Assembly (NCBI RefSeq): GCF_009914755.1
Contig: NC_060932.1
Direction: 5' to 3' (one strand)
From: the human T2T-CHM13v2.0 reference genome, Homo sapiens
DNA: 64,000 bases
Part shown: positions 14,511 through 32,529 of the stretch, piece by piece
How positions within the stretch are numbered: position 1 is the stretch's first letter
How the letters are laid out: each line of letters opens with the position of its first letter
Translations under genes and position numbers: made by a program
The notes under the pieces: model-generated
Database searches by the model: none
Seen by the model: the letters and a program-made list of their open reading frames with translations, nothing else
Told to the model about the DNA's origin: nothing

Positions 14511-16432
14511 AACACTGGATAAATTTCAAATACAACCTTCATTATTAGCAACTTTCTTCCACTACCAAGTTGGCTTTCGGATAATATTATTTGGAAGGAC
14601 ACACAGCAGTGCATTGTAATCAAAATGTACAACTTAATAAAATGTTTAGTTATGTGATGTAAATGGTCAAGATGCTGTTTTAGAGCATTTTCCTCTACAT
14701 CATCTTCTGCAGAGTACAAGGGGTAGGATGTAAGACACTAAGATCCTTCTCCCCTTTATTCAGGTAAGTTCTATTCCCAAGATTGACAGACATCACTGAT
14801 GATGTGATCATGTCTGCAGAGGCAGTAAGGATCAACAAAATGTAAAAGAGTGCTGAATTCAATGCTTTTGGCTAGAGAAAAATCAATGTATACATATGAA
14901 AAAAAAAAAGAACCAAAGTGATAGATGAGACAGTCTGGTCAAGCTTCAAGAGGAGACAGGCTAATCATTGAAAAAATATGAAGGAACTAATACACAAGGT
15001 AAGACTAAGTGTATGTGGCAGTGCAGTGTTAGGAGGAGTCCTTTAAAGTAAGAGTTTATTTGGCCTATAGAGAATGGTAGTATATTATACAGACTATACT
15101 GAGCTCTTATTTTGAATACATAAATGGCTGAGAAAGAGCAAGATGGAATTTTTTTACACATGCACTCCAATGCCCAGATTTGCTAAAACACTGTGCTTCC
15201 AGTCAATAGTACCCTTGTAGCTTGTTTGTTTAATTGATTGCATTGCTATGTCAACCTTCAAGACCAAAGTGACAAATATTTACAGACTGGAACACATAGT
15301 GTTTGGTGCAACTTGGTCTTCCCCGTGACACTGCTGCAAATGTTGCAGTTTACATAATATATTGAGCCAGACAGAATCTGAATTTACTACATTAAACAGG
15401 GTTATGTTCATTGATAGCCTCAAGTCTTATTAACATTACTGAGACTTGTGATTCTAGAAAAACAAACAAAAACATTAAAGCTCCAACTCATTTATATTGC
15501 CAACTAGTACTAATATTCTCAGTATGAAGTGATTTAATGAAAGGGCTCATTTAGAAAATAACAAATATTTGTCTTCTGGATTTGAAGATCTCTTCTTCGG
15601 ACCTTATTTCACTTCTAAATATTCATGTGCAATGGATTTTGCCCCATTCAAATGAAAAATATGAAATGGAAAATTTTTTTGAATGTATTATTGATTTTAC
15701 AGTTTTTGTTTGGAAACATCACATGAGTCCACATGCTTAGCAATTTTTGCTTTGACTTAAAAAAGACAACAGGACTTCAGTGTTTCCATGAAAAGTCTTG
15801 GCAGAGTAGAGTCGGTCAGATCTGAGACAAAACCCAACTGATATGAGAAACGTTGACAGACAAGTGCTTCTGTGAGAACAAGCAAGCAGTTCAGGTGTAG
15901 CCAGCCAGTGGGGAATGCAGACACTACATGTTTTTTTTCTGCTATCTAGGGGCTATTTAGTTTTATCTGTTAACTAGGGGCCTCAAATATAAAGCAGGCA
16001 CTCCTTAGAGAACAAGATGAAATGAAGATTGAGTAGCAGGAAATAAGATGACTGACACAACTTTGGTGAGGTAGAAGAACAATGTTTCACCCTTTTCCTA
16101 GGTGAAGGCTGCAGCAACCTTATTCTAGGTGAAGAACTATCTTTAAGGACATAAATTAATCTTCCCAGAATCCAACCCAGGTGTATCAGACATCAGTATA
16201 TATTTTTTCCATAATCATGCCAAAAACATATCTGCACATAACTACTAGTGATATTTTAATTAAAAAAATCTACTAAAAAGGACATCTGGGAATTTCATAT
16301 CATTGATACAGAACCTGTTTTTCCTTTGCAGAGTTTCACCAGCTTCATGAAGCTGACCAGTACCAAGGAACTTGTGAGCTCAGTGAGGAGGAAGAACTTG
16401 TCTTTATTTACCACATTAAGAAATCCTGCATC

Positions 16433-16740
<308 letters not shown>

Positions 16741-18106
16741 TAGCATCCAGTTCAACATGGGTGATACTTATTTATTGATCTAAGATATGAGTGACATATT
16801 AATATAACGATCATGTCAAATGCCATTTTCAACTGGACTTTATGTGCCTGTTTCTGGGTTGAGTTTTTATAAATTATCTCATTTACTCCTTAAAATATAG
16901 TTGTATTACTATTTTTTTACAGATATAGAAACAAGTTCAGAGCTTGACAAAAAGTGGTGGAGACTGGATTCAAAGTCTTGCCACCTCTGATTCTCATGGT
17001 GTTATGAGAGAATATTTGTCGTTTGGGTGGTGCTTCATTCAGATGGAACATGGCTTCCACAGGTGGGTGAAGACACTACAGAGTGCTGAGGTTACCTAAA
17101 TTCCAGGTGGGAGCTAAAATTCCACCTGATTTCTTGATGGTGTAGCTCATTAGCCTCAGTACTCCGAGGACTAAGCAACTCAAATGTAATAAGTGTCAAC
17201 TAAAACTTCCAAGTAGAAGCACACTCATATTACGTGTAGAAAACGGATCAATTGTACAGATGCTACTGGTCCCAGGGAGAATTGCTAGGATTCCTTGTCA
17301 GCCATGGAATACTCCATCACCTTCTTGCCATTCTCTTCTATTTTATAAATGTAAGCTTTCTGATCAACTAGGACAGGCACCATGATATAGTTAGAAAAGC
17401 ACCAAGTGGTTCAAGAAAATTAAAATCCAATTCTCAGTCTTAAATCAACTTCCCTCCATCTTTGTTATTTTATCTCCCTAGGCCTCAGCTCTGTACCTGT
17501 AACTGAGTAAACGAGATAATATTTAGTCTTTTTAGTTCCACAATCTCTCATCCAAAATTACAAATTATAGTATCTAAAAAACTTTCAGAAACAACTTGTG
17601 ATGATGACAAAAGTTGGAATCAGGTGAACCATGTTAGAGAAAGAAAAAAACAGCACACTTCATCTGTGTCCACAGAATTGGTAGTATAGTCTGAAAAACA
17701 GGCTGTGCCCAGGAATCTGAGCCTACATGCTTAACTATATAGAGAAGAGACAGAGGATTTTCACAAATAATACTCTAATTTTGAAATCAAGAAGTGAAAG
17801 ATGAAGTAAAGGGGAGCTTCTTTTAGTTGCAAAGTGCCAGTGCACACAAGAGCCAGTATATGCCTCTGGATCTTCAAAGATACCATGCTGAATATTCATG
17901 GAAAAATGGGTTATTTATGAAATTACAGTATCTATGTTCACCATCGTAGCAAATTTGAGATGGATTTCTGAAGTTTGCAATTAGGAATTTCTAGATAATT
18001 TGGGAAATATTAATAATAACATGTTCATTGATCGTTAGAGAAAATGTTGCTAAACTTGTTAGTAGTTTGACACTCAGTCTTTCTACTTCTGTACCTGGCT
18101 TATTTC

Positions 18107-21191
<3,085 letters not shown>

Positions 21192-22305
21192 TGGTTATTT
21201 CACTTAGCATAATATTCTCCAGGTTCATCCACGACAATGACAGGATTTCCTTCCATTTTAAGGCTGAATAGTATCCTGTTACACACCCACACACACACAC
21301 ACTCATACACACACACCCCACATTTTCTTTATCTATTTGTCCATTGATGGCCACTTGGTTTGTTTCCATATCTTGGCTATTGTTAGTAATGCTACAACAA
21401 ATGTGGAAGTGTAGATATCTCTTTGAGATACGAATACTAATTTAATTTATTTGGTTATATACCTAGAGTGAGACTGTTGGATCACAGGACAGTGTTATTT
21501 TTAGTTTTTGAGGGAATTCCAAATTGTTTTCCATAATGGCTACACCAATTTACACTCCCATCGATAGTGTAAAGGGTTCCCTTTCCTCAACACCCTCCCC
21601 AGTATTTGTTATCTTTTTTATTTTTGATAATGTTCATTTTAACAGGTCTGATGTGATATCTCATTGAGGTTTTGATTTATATTTCCCTGATAGTCAGTAA
21701 AGTTGAGCATATTTTTTAATATACCGGTTAGACATTTGTATTTTTCCTTTTGATAAATGTCTATTCAAGTCCTTTGCTCATATTTTTGTTGGGTTGTTTT
21801 CTTGTTTTTAAGTTATGAGAGTTTCCTATGTATTTTGTATTATCTCCTTATTGGATGTAGAGTTTGCAAATATATCTTCCCATTCCATAGATTGTCTCTT
21901 CACTTTGCTAATTGTTGAATTAACAACAATTAAGCTGTACTGAAGCTTTTTAGTTTGAAGAAATCTTATTTATGTATTTTTGCTTTTGTTGCTTGTGGTT
22001 TTGAGGAGATATACAAAAATTAATTGTCCAATCTAATGTCAAGAAGCATTTCCCTGTGTTTTCTTCTAATTGTTCAATAGTTTTCAGCCTTACATTTAAT
22101 TACTTAATCTATTTTGAGTTGATTTTTATATGGTATAAAATAAAGGTCCAATTTGGATATCCTGTTTTTCCAACACCAATTATTGAAGACACTATGCTTT
22201 CCTCATTGTATGTTCTTGGCAACTTTGTCAAAGGTCAGTTGACCACAAATATGTGGATTTATTTCTTGACTTTCTATTGTGCTCTACTGCTCTATATGTC
22301 TGTTT

Positions 22306-22941
<636 letters not shown>

Positions 22942-23919
22942 TATGTGTCTGTTTTTATGCCAGTACTATACTGTTTGATTATGATAGCTTTGTAATGTAT
23001 TTTGAAATCAGGTAGTACAATGGCTTCAGATTTGCTCTTCTTGCTTGAGATTACCTTGACTATTGTTTCTTGTGTGGTTCTATATTAATTTTAGGATTGT
23101 TTCACCTACTTCTGTGAAAAATGCCATCGGAATTTTGTCAGGGATTACATTGAAACTGTAGATCACTTTGAATAGTATGAGCATTTTTAATTCTTCTAAT
23201 CTATGAACAAAATGATATTTTTCCACTGTCTCTTCTTCATTTTCTTTCATCATTGTTATATGGTTTTTAATTTATAAATCTGTCACCTCCTCGGTTAAGT
23301 TTTCCTAAGTATTGTATTCTTTTTAGTGCTATTATAAATGGGGTTGTTAATTTCTTTTTTGGAGAGTTTGTTGCTAGTGTATAGCAAGGCAACTGATTTT
23401 TCTATTTAATTTGGTATCTTGCAAATTTACTGAACTTATTTATTAGTTCTAAGAGGCTTCTGGTAGATTCTTTACAGTTTTCTATTTATAAGACTATGTC
23501 ATCTGCAAACAGAGACAATTTTACTTCTCCCTTTCTGACTGGATGGCTTTTATTTCTTTGTCTTGCCTAATTGTTCTGGCTAGGACTTCCAGTACTATGT
23601 TGAATAGAAGTGACAAGATGGGTATCATTGTCTTGTTCCTGATATTAGAAGAAACATTTTCAGCTATTCACTTCATTATGTTAACTGTGAACCTGTTACA
23701 TATGGATTTTATTATGTTGAAGAAGTCTTTCTACACCTAATTGGTTGAGTTTTTATCATGAATGCATATTAAAAATTGTTAAGTGCTTTGTGTGCACATA
23801 TTGAGATGGACATATAGTTTTTATCCTTCATTCTATAAATGTGGTATGTCACACTTACTGAATTGCATATGTCAAACCATCTTTGCACCACAGGGATAAA
23901 TCACTCTTGGACAAGCTAT

Positions 23920-24345
23920 ATAATACTGTATGATTTCACTTATGTGGAACCTATAGAAGTCAAACTTATAGAAGCAGAGAATAACATGATGGTTGCCAGG
24001 GGCCGGGGTGGGGGAGTGGCAATGGAGAGATGTTGGTTAAAGGGTACAAAGTCTCAGTTGTGCATGATTGAATAGTTCAGAAAATCTAATGTACAGTATG
24101 GTAACTGTAGTTAATAATGCTTATTGTATACTTGAAAATTGTTAAGAGAGTAGACAAATGTTCTCACCACACCAAAAAAAGGTAATTATGTGAAGTGATG
24201 TATATGTTAGGTAGCTTGCTTGTGATAATCATTGCACAATGTATATGTATATCAAAACCTCACATTATACACCTTTAATATGTAATTTGTTATTTTTCAA
24301 TTATACCTCAATAAAGCTGGAAAAAATTAAATAAAACAAATAAAA
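23920..24345 (+). mobile_element. L1M 3'UTR and tail in sense orientation (terminal part of the adjacent old L1M)
   Basis: aatactgtatgatttcactta...gaagcagagaata..atggttgccagggg...tcaattatacctcaataaagctggaaaaaa plus A-rich tail. Confidence 0.92.
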
Positions 24346-24602
24346 TCTACTAGTACTTTTTAAAAGTATCTAATAGTATTCAAAAATAATGTGACATTGT
24401 TAAAATGCTCTTATAGGGTTTTGTTTTGCTAGTGATCTTCATTATGGATATGACTATGATAAACAATAATTGCAGCCTGCTATTTGTAGATAATGTTTGA
24501 TTTGTTAAAGTTAGTGAGACTGTTCAATTGACAAAATCAAAAGTGAACCCAAACCTAAATATACACTATTGGTCTCAGTATCTCTCCTCTCTCTGTCTCT
24601 CT

Positions 24603-24603
<1 letters not shown>

Positions 24604-24644
<41 letters not shown>
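24604..24644. repeat. (CA)n microsatellite
   Basis: About 20 pure AC units. Confidence 0.97.
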
Positions 24645-24646
<2 letters not shown>

Positions 24647-25439
24647 GTCCCTTCTCAATTGGTCTGGGACTTAGCACTTAGTGACAAGAACCATGTGAAA
24701 TTTTGTCTATTAGAATTTTCTATAGAGCTTTAAATAACTCCAGTGATAGTCAAGTTACTTTTTCCTTGAGTTTTTTTAAGGTGCCAGCCAAAAAGGCTGC
24801 CCTTAGCCAGGACAAATTTATCAGTTTCAAAGGAAAAGATAATAAAACTGTCATTTCCAGCCATAGCACTGCAGGTGCTGCTGATATCCTAACATTAAAG
24901 CTTATTATAAGTAGAGCTCTCTCTTAGTTTTTGATATCAAAATTGTTTCCAAGTCTTATTAAGACCCCATGTTACTCTTGATGGGAGGAAAGGAAAGAAG
25001 AACCTAAAGTGACCCCAATGGGACATTGAAGTGACTGAGCTATTAAACACCTGGCTATGTGGATGGTTTTGTGGAGTTCTTCAATTTATCACAGATACAA
25101 CCTGCCAGAAGAAAATTAATTTAAAACTCACTTCCCTTGCAGGCCTGCTAAAGATACTCAAAATCTGAGAAAGGTTTACAGAAAGAGAGTCAAAATAATT
25201 GTTGACTCCCAAGAGGCATTCCTGGTTTCTGTTCTTTTAATAACTTGCATCTTCTGACAGCTCTTTATCAACAGGACTTCTAAATGAAGGAAGGAAGTAA
25301 ATAAAGTATCCCTAATGTGGAATAATCTACAGGAAATGGTTCTGACTTAATGAAGAAGACAGAGTAAATATCTCTTCCATCATCTAAGGATGAATAGTCT
25401 GGCTTTTCTAACAAAAGGCAGTATATCTTATTTAAAATA

Positions 25440-25707
25440 GCTTTGTAGTCAAACAGAACTGTGTTCAAATTTTAGGTCTTCTACTCATTAACTGCATAAA
25501 CATGGGCAAATTTCCTAAAACCACTGAGTTGTCTATATCAATAAAATTGAAATATTAGTGGCCACATTTAGGGCTGCAGAGAGAATGAGTGGGTAGCATC
25601 TCTTCTGCTAGGAATGTTCTTCCTTCAGATTGCTATAAAGCCATATCCTTCTCACCATTCAGGGAAATCCCAAAGCCACCTCTTCAGACAGTTTTCCCCT
25701 CATTACC
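25440..25707 (+). mobile_element. MIR fragment followed by an L2 fragment (the L2 is interrupted by the MST provirus)
   Basis: MIR core (ctttgtagtcaaacagaactgtgttcaaat...catgggcaaattt), then L2-like tctgctaggaatgttcttcctt...ccacctcttcagacagttttccc. Confidence 0.6.
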
Positions 25708-28212
25708 TATATTAGTCTGTTTTGCATTACTATAAAGGAGTAAAGGCTGGGTAATTTATAAAGAAAAGACATTTATTTGAGCTAATTGTTCTGTAGGCTG
25801 TAGAAGAAGTGTGGTGCCAGCATCTGCTTCTGGTGAGGGTCTCTGGAATCTTACAGTCATACTAGAAGGTGAAGCAGAAGTGAGTGTATCACATGGCCAG
25901 AGTGGAGCAAGGGAGAGAGGGAGGTGCCAAGCTCTTTTAAACAATGAGATCTTGCATGAATTCACAGAGTGGAAACTCACTCATTACTGTGAAGACATCT
26001 CCAAGCCATTCATGAGGGATCTGTCCTGATAACCCAAACACCTTCCATAGGCCCACCTCCAACATTGGAAGTCACATTCCCACATGAGATTTGGACAGGA
26101 CAAACATCCAAACCATATCATTGTGACCTTGGTCCCCTAAATCTCATGTCCTTCTCCCATTGCAAAATCTAATCATCCCTTCCCAATAGTCCCCAAAGTC
26201 TCAATTCATTTCAGCATTAACTCAAAAGTCCAAAATCTCATCTGAGACTCAAGGCATGTTAGTTCCACCTATGAGCCTATAAAATCAAAAAACAAGTTAT
26301 TTACTTCCAAGATAGAATGATGGTATAGGCACTGGGTAAATATTCCCATTCCAAAGGGGAGAAATCAGCCAAAGAAAGGGACAACAGATGCCATGCAAGT
26401 CTGAAGCCCAGAAGGGAAGTCATTTAAATCTGAAAGGTCTAAAATAATATTCATTGACTCCATGTCCTGCATCCTGGGCACACTGGTGCAAGGGGTGGGC
26501 TCCTAAGGCCATAGGCAGCTCTGTACCTGTCACTTTCCTGGGTGAAGCCCTATGGCTGCTGTAATGGGTTGGAGTTGAGTGCCTGCAGGTTTCTCAGTCT
26601 CAGGGTGCAAATTATTGGTGGCTCTACCATTCTTGGGTTTGGAGGGCAGGGGCCACCTTCCCACAGCTCCACTAGGCAGTGCCCTGATAGGAATTCTGTT
26701 TGGAGGCTCCAACCCCACATTTATCTTCAGCACTGTCCTAATAGAGTTTTTCTGTGGGGGCTGTGCCCCGTGGGAGGCTTCTGTCTGGGCACCTAGGCTT
26801 TTCCATACAACCTCTGATATCTAGTTGGAAGCTGCCAAGCTTCCTTCACTCTTGCACTCTGTGCAACTGCAGACTTAACACCGCATGGAAGCTACTGAGG
26901 CTTCTGGCTTGATTCCTCCAGAGCTGTGGCCCAAGCTATACCTGGGACTCTTTGAGCCAAGGCTGGAGCCAGAGTGGCTGGGATTTGGGGAACAGTGTCC
27001 TGAGGATGAGCATGGCAGTCCTGCCATGGACCTGGCCCCTGAAGCCATTCTTTCCTCCCAGGACTCTGAGCCTGTGATGGTAGGAGTAGCCTGGTAGAAA
27101 TCTTTCTGAATTGCCTTGAAGGCCTTTGTCCTATTGTCCTGGCTACTAGCACTTGGCTCTCCTTTAGTCATGACAGTTTCTCTAGGATGTGGTTGCTTCA
27201 CAGCTGCTTCAATTCCTCTCCTGAAAAAGCTCTATCCTTCCTTATCACCTTACCAGGTGGTAAATTTTTCAATTTTTTACATTTTTCTTCTTTTTTCCTT
27301 ATAAATTCCAACTTTAAATTATTCCTTAGCTCTCATATCTGATCATAGGCTGTAAGAAGCAGCCATACCACTTATTGAATGCTTTGATGCTTAGAAATTT
27401 CTTCCTCCAGATACCCTACATCACTACTCTTAAGTTCAACCTTCCACAAAGTCCTCGTGCATGGACACAGTACAGCCAACTTCTTTGCTTGGGTGTAACA
27501 AGGGTGACCTTTGCTCCAGTTCCCAATACATTCCTCATTTCCAACTGAGACTTCATCAGCCAGTCCTTCACTGTCCATATTCCTATTAGCACTTTGTTCA
27601 CAACCACTTACAAAGTCTCTAAGTAAAGTTCTAAATTTCCCTTGTCTTCCTGTATTCTTCTGAGCCCTCCACATTCTTCCAACTTCTGCCTGTTACCCAG
27701 TTCCAAAGCCACTTCCACATTTCAGGTATCAGAGTAACACATTTCAGGTGTTACTCTAGTAACAACCCACTCCACATTACCAATTTTCTGTGTTAGTCAA
27801 TTTTGCATTGCATAAAGAAATACCTGAGGCTGGGTAATTTATAAAGAAAATGGAAAGGTTTATTTTGGCTCAAGATTCTGAAAACTCCATAAGAAATGTA
27901 GTGCCGGTATCTGCTCCTGGTGAGGGACTCAGGAAGCCTGCAGTCATAGCAGAAGGCAAAGGGGGAGAAGTCATGTCACATGGTAAGAGAAGGAGCAAGA
28001 GAGAGGGGGAGGAAGCTCCAAGCTCTTTTAAAAAACCAGATCTTGTGTGAACTCATGGAGTGAGAACCCACTCATTACTGTGAGGACAGCACCAAGTTAT
28101 TCATGAGAGATCTGTTCACATGAACTAAATACTTCCCACTAAGCCCCATCTCTAACATTGGAGATCACATTTTAACATAGATTTGGAAAGGACACACATC
28201 CAAGCCATATCA
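25708..28212 (-). mobile_element. Full-length MST-type (MSTB-like) MaLR provirus: LTR 25708-26120, internal 26121-27788, LTR 27789-28212
   Basis: Two homologous ~420-bp LTRs (t(a/g)t(a/g)ttagtc...catccaa(a/g)ccatatca), MaLR internal region, ccaattttc polypurine-tract junction, and 5-bp TSD ttacc (25703-25707) / tcacc (28213-28217). Confidence 0.93.
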
Positions 28213-28418
28213 TCACCCAAAGTTGCTGCCACACCAGTCCTATAACTCTAGCTTATTTGCTTTAGTGATCTATTTGCAGAAATTGTTTAGGTTGCAAATG
28301 TACTTATTACGTATTTCCCCCAGTAGAATATTCTATCTCCAGCCTATGCTGTCTCCAGCTTTTGGAACTGTGGCTGACACCTAGTATAGCTTCATATAAA
28401 TAGTTTGAAATGAATAAA
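28213..28418 (+). mobile_element. L2 3' end (continuation after the MST provirus)
   Basis: atttcccccagtagaatat...ggaactgtggctgacacctagtatag..tcatataaatagtttgaaatgaataaa. Confidence 0.6.
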
Positions 28419-29809
28419 AAACAGAGGCAAAGTAAAAGTACTCAACATAGATGCTAGTCTATAATAGATGCTCAAAATTTTGCCACAAATAATCGATTTT
28501 GTTGGGACTGTTAGTTTTAAATGGTGTTCTATCCCAAATGAATATCTATGCCAAAATGTTAAAGTTTGGCAGAACTTATTTAAATCTTGGAATTATGTTT
28601 AAGACAGCTATTTCTGGAGACTTAGGAAATTTGTTATAAATGTGAATGTGACAAGTAGGAAAATATAAAAATCCCTTTTTCCTACTTTGTGTTGATTACA
28701 TCAAGCTTTTGTTGGCAGAATAAAATTTGGTTCGTTATCAGCACATTATTTTCTCCATCCAACTACCTGCATTCCAGGTGCACAACATGGGCTGACATAC
28801 ACCAATGAAAAAAGTTGTTAGAGCAATGATGGAAAAATAAAGATGCTAAACACTAAGTTTAAAAGCTAAAGATTAAGGTATGTGAGAAAAAGAAGAGACT
28901 TGGATGATACAGCAATTTATTTCTTTCTCTATCCCTTCCACCAAACTCTGAGACTCTGGAAGAGCCCTGCAAGTGAGAGAAAGCAATACAGTTAAACTGG
29001 AAGGATTTGAGAAGTTTAGCAAAAGATTTGTTTTTGTGGTCTTCCCTTAAACTTCTCCAAGACTAAGCTGCGAGAAGAGACTGGAGTGTTGATAAAATGC
29101 CTCCTTTGAAATTGAGGGATATGAGAATAGAGAAAAACCAGGCTGTGCTGATCATTTCTAGAAATGGAATAAGCAGCTACGAGAGATGTTAGAAGCAAAG
29201 CATACCCATTCGCAGCCCTGAGTTTCTTACAGCCCCCAAGTGTCATAGGGTAGCATTCAAAATCTACAAGCTCAGAAGCGAGTGCAAAAGATTGCTGGGA
29301 GAAAGCAGGAAGAGAGGGAGGAAAAATAAGGAGGAAGAAAAAGGAAATGGGAGTTTTATCATGAGGGTATGGAGATATGCTTTGAGATGATGAGGCATGC
29401 AGACTCCTCCCTAAAGGTTGTGGGAATGCTGACTCCCTGGTTCCCTCAGAGGATCACCATTGTCAGGGAGCTGCTCAGTTCCCATTCAAGGGCACCTTTA
29501 CATTATTGGACCAATGATCAGATACAACAACGTCCATCTGGAATGGAAATCTCAGAAATAAGCAGCAATGGCTTTTTAATTTTTTTAATACAGTTTTTGG
29601 CTACTTTTCCAGCAATACTACTCCAGCAGTTTCTCAAGCCTTACTACTCCCCCTTCTACCCGCCAGTCATAAAACCATCAAAAAGAAAAGGGACAAAGAA
29701 AATAAACCTGAAGGGAGGCACTAAGGTTTTAAAATATAAAACACACACCTGGAAGTCAGAAAAAATGTGAATTACCATAAAATAACAAAAATAACCATAA
29801 TCACAGCCA

Positions 29810-30050
29810 TCACTACAGGAGCAAACACAGATATGATATTTGGTATATGCCAGACACTGCTCCCAGTTCTTCATATAAATTAATACATTTAATATCCACA
29901 ACACCATTATGATTTAGTTACTCTTCCCATCCTCACTTTATAAACAGTGAAACTGAGACACAGTGGGGTAAGTATAACTTGCTAAGTGTGACGTACATGG
30001 CAGAATATGAAGTCTAACTCTTAGTTTATGCTCCTAACCACTATGTACCT
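29810..30050 (-). mobile_element. MIR
   Basis: tatgccagacactgct...cattta.atccacaaca...cccatcctcacttta...gaaactgagacacag...aagtataacttgc.aag. Confidence 0.75.
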
Positions 30051-30208
30051 GACTTATATATAAAGTAGGTGTAATTGTATTTGCATATAAAATTCTGTGA
30101 CTTTCAGATTAAACATACTTTTGGATAGGGACACAAGTCTAAACTTTAGGTGTCTGCCAAAAACTAGGACTAAATATGAAAAAGGGTCATGTTAAGAGGA
30201 GCTTTCTA

Positions 30209-30502
30209 GGCCGGGCATGATGGTCCATGCCTGTAATCCCAGCACTTTTGGAGGCTGAGGTGGGTGTATTGCTTGAGCCCAGGAGGTCAAGACCAGCCTG
30301 GGCAACATACTGAGACCCTGTCCCTACAAAAAATACAAAAATTAGTCTGGCATGGTGTTGTGTGCCTATGGCGCCAGCTACTAGAAAGGCTGAGGGGTGG
30401 GAAGATCACCTGAGCCTGGGAGTTTATGGCTGCAGTGAGCCCTGATTGTGCCACTGCACACCAGCCTGGGCGAAAGAGTGAGAAGATCCTGTCTCAAAAA
30501 AA
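30209..30502 (+). mobile_element. AluJ, full length
   Basis: J features (ttgcttgagcccagga, ggctgcagtgagcc.tgattgtgccactgcac). Confidence 0.93.
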
Positions 30503-31472
30503 TTTTTTTTTTCTAATTAGATATTGAAAGAAAAAAATAACATGATCAAGTGTGACAATGGTATCTACTCTTATGTCCTAGTTTCTCATCTTGTAATTTT
30601 TAAAGCTAGATTTACAATTATGAAATATTGCCATCAAGTCTTCTAAGCTATGCCTTTTATCTCCTCCAGTGTGAACCCTTGAGAATACTATCAGCACCAG
30701 GTGGTCTCATCCACTCATTATCCTTACAGAAAATGCCATGGGGTTATAGAAATTTCTGTTAAATCTATTCATATATGCCACAAAAAATTAAGGCACATAT
30801 AAACAGATAAATAAATAGGTAAGTTGTGTTGCTATTTGTCCAGTTTCTCTCTTGCTTAATCACACCAAACGTTTAAAAATAAATTTCAAAATTACTTCCA
30901 GACCCCTCTTCTAGGGAAAAAAAAAAAAAAAGAAAAACCACCCTGTTGGTTGTTTTTCTTCCACAGTAGAGAAAGCTAGAGGGAGGATTTGGTTAAGAAA
31001 AGAGTGTTAGAATCTTGCTGCGTGTTCCACTGTAGAGTACACAACCAGGTCTTTCATTGAAAGCAGATCAAACGATGGACATATTATTCGTTATTGTTCA
31101 GCTGCCTGGGTTTAAGATGAAATTACCAGCTGCCCAGGGGTCCAGCATTTTAGCTTCAGATCTAGCTGTGCTCATAACACAAGGCACAATGCTTAATGGC
31201 ATTGTCAGCCATTTAACATAAAAAGAACATGGTGTAATCAAGTGGGGACTTTTCCACTGTGTCACTCTTGGGGCCCATTTCACAAAACCTAGGAAACCTG
31301 CCACTGAGTTTTAAGGGGAGAAAAAAAAACAGAAAATGCCTCAAAGGGGGCAAAGGTAATTTTTCTCTATTAATGTTTTTTTCTAAAATAATATTTTTAG
31401 TTTCTTTTTTTTAACATGCCCCTATTTTGAGAAAGTCGTACTGATGGCTTCAAATCTGGTACTTTCAGATTC

Positions 31473-31786
<314 letters not shown>

Positions 31787-32529
31787 TCAGATTCTTACTT
31801 TCTTTAAATTCATGGATTAGAATCTAAGGAAAATCAGAAGCTCCCAAAATGCAATATCTAAGACATCTAGGTTGGTATAACCCTTGGGAAGGAGATCTAG
31901 TTCTTAGCAGGAATAATGTTACTTGCCACCTAAATAAGTGCTAAGGTTTAGTGTGTGGAAATAACAAAGCCAGGGAGATGAAATGGATTCTAGATATATT
32001 AAATCTGGGATAGTTTCAAATAACAGCCTTAAGCAATAAAGTGAAACTTCCATCCTGTATTCATAATGTCAGTGTTACTGTGGAAATGCTAGCTTTAAAA
32101 TATAAGCACCCAAGGTTGTCTTCGCAAAAGACTCTCTTCAGACATTATTTTAAGTCCCTTTGAACAGAGAAGCAGAATGTCACCAATTGGGGACTCTTGA
32201 GTTTTGATGTGATGAATTCTTGCTGACATCCTAGTGCTTGAGATGCTTCTCTTGAATTATTTGGAACTGAAGGCATTTCCATATGGACAAGCTCTCATTC
32301 CAAGAAGACAGAATGATGGTGAAAAATGTGGGCCCAGATAGAAAGATGACTTGAATAGCTGTGCCATTTTGGAAATTGTGGGATAGTAGACTGGCAGGGG
32401 GGTAGGGTAGTAAGAGGAAGATAAGTGCGTTGTAAATATAGAATCAAAACCTGCCGTTTCCAAGTGCAAAATCCACTATAAGCTGGATAAATAACCCTGA
32501 ACATGCTCCTCTTTGCTACTGTGAAGAAA

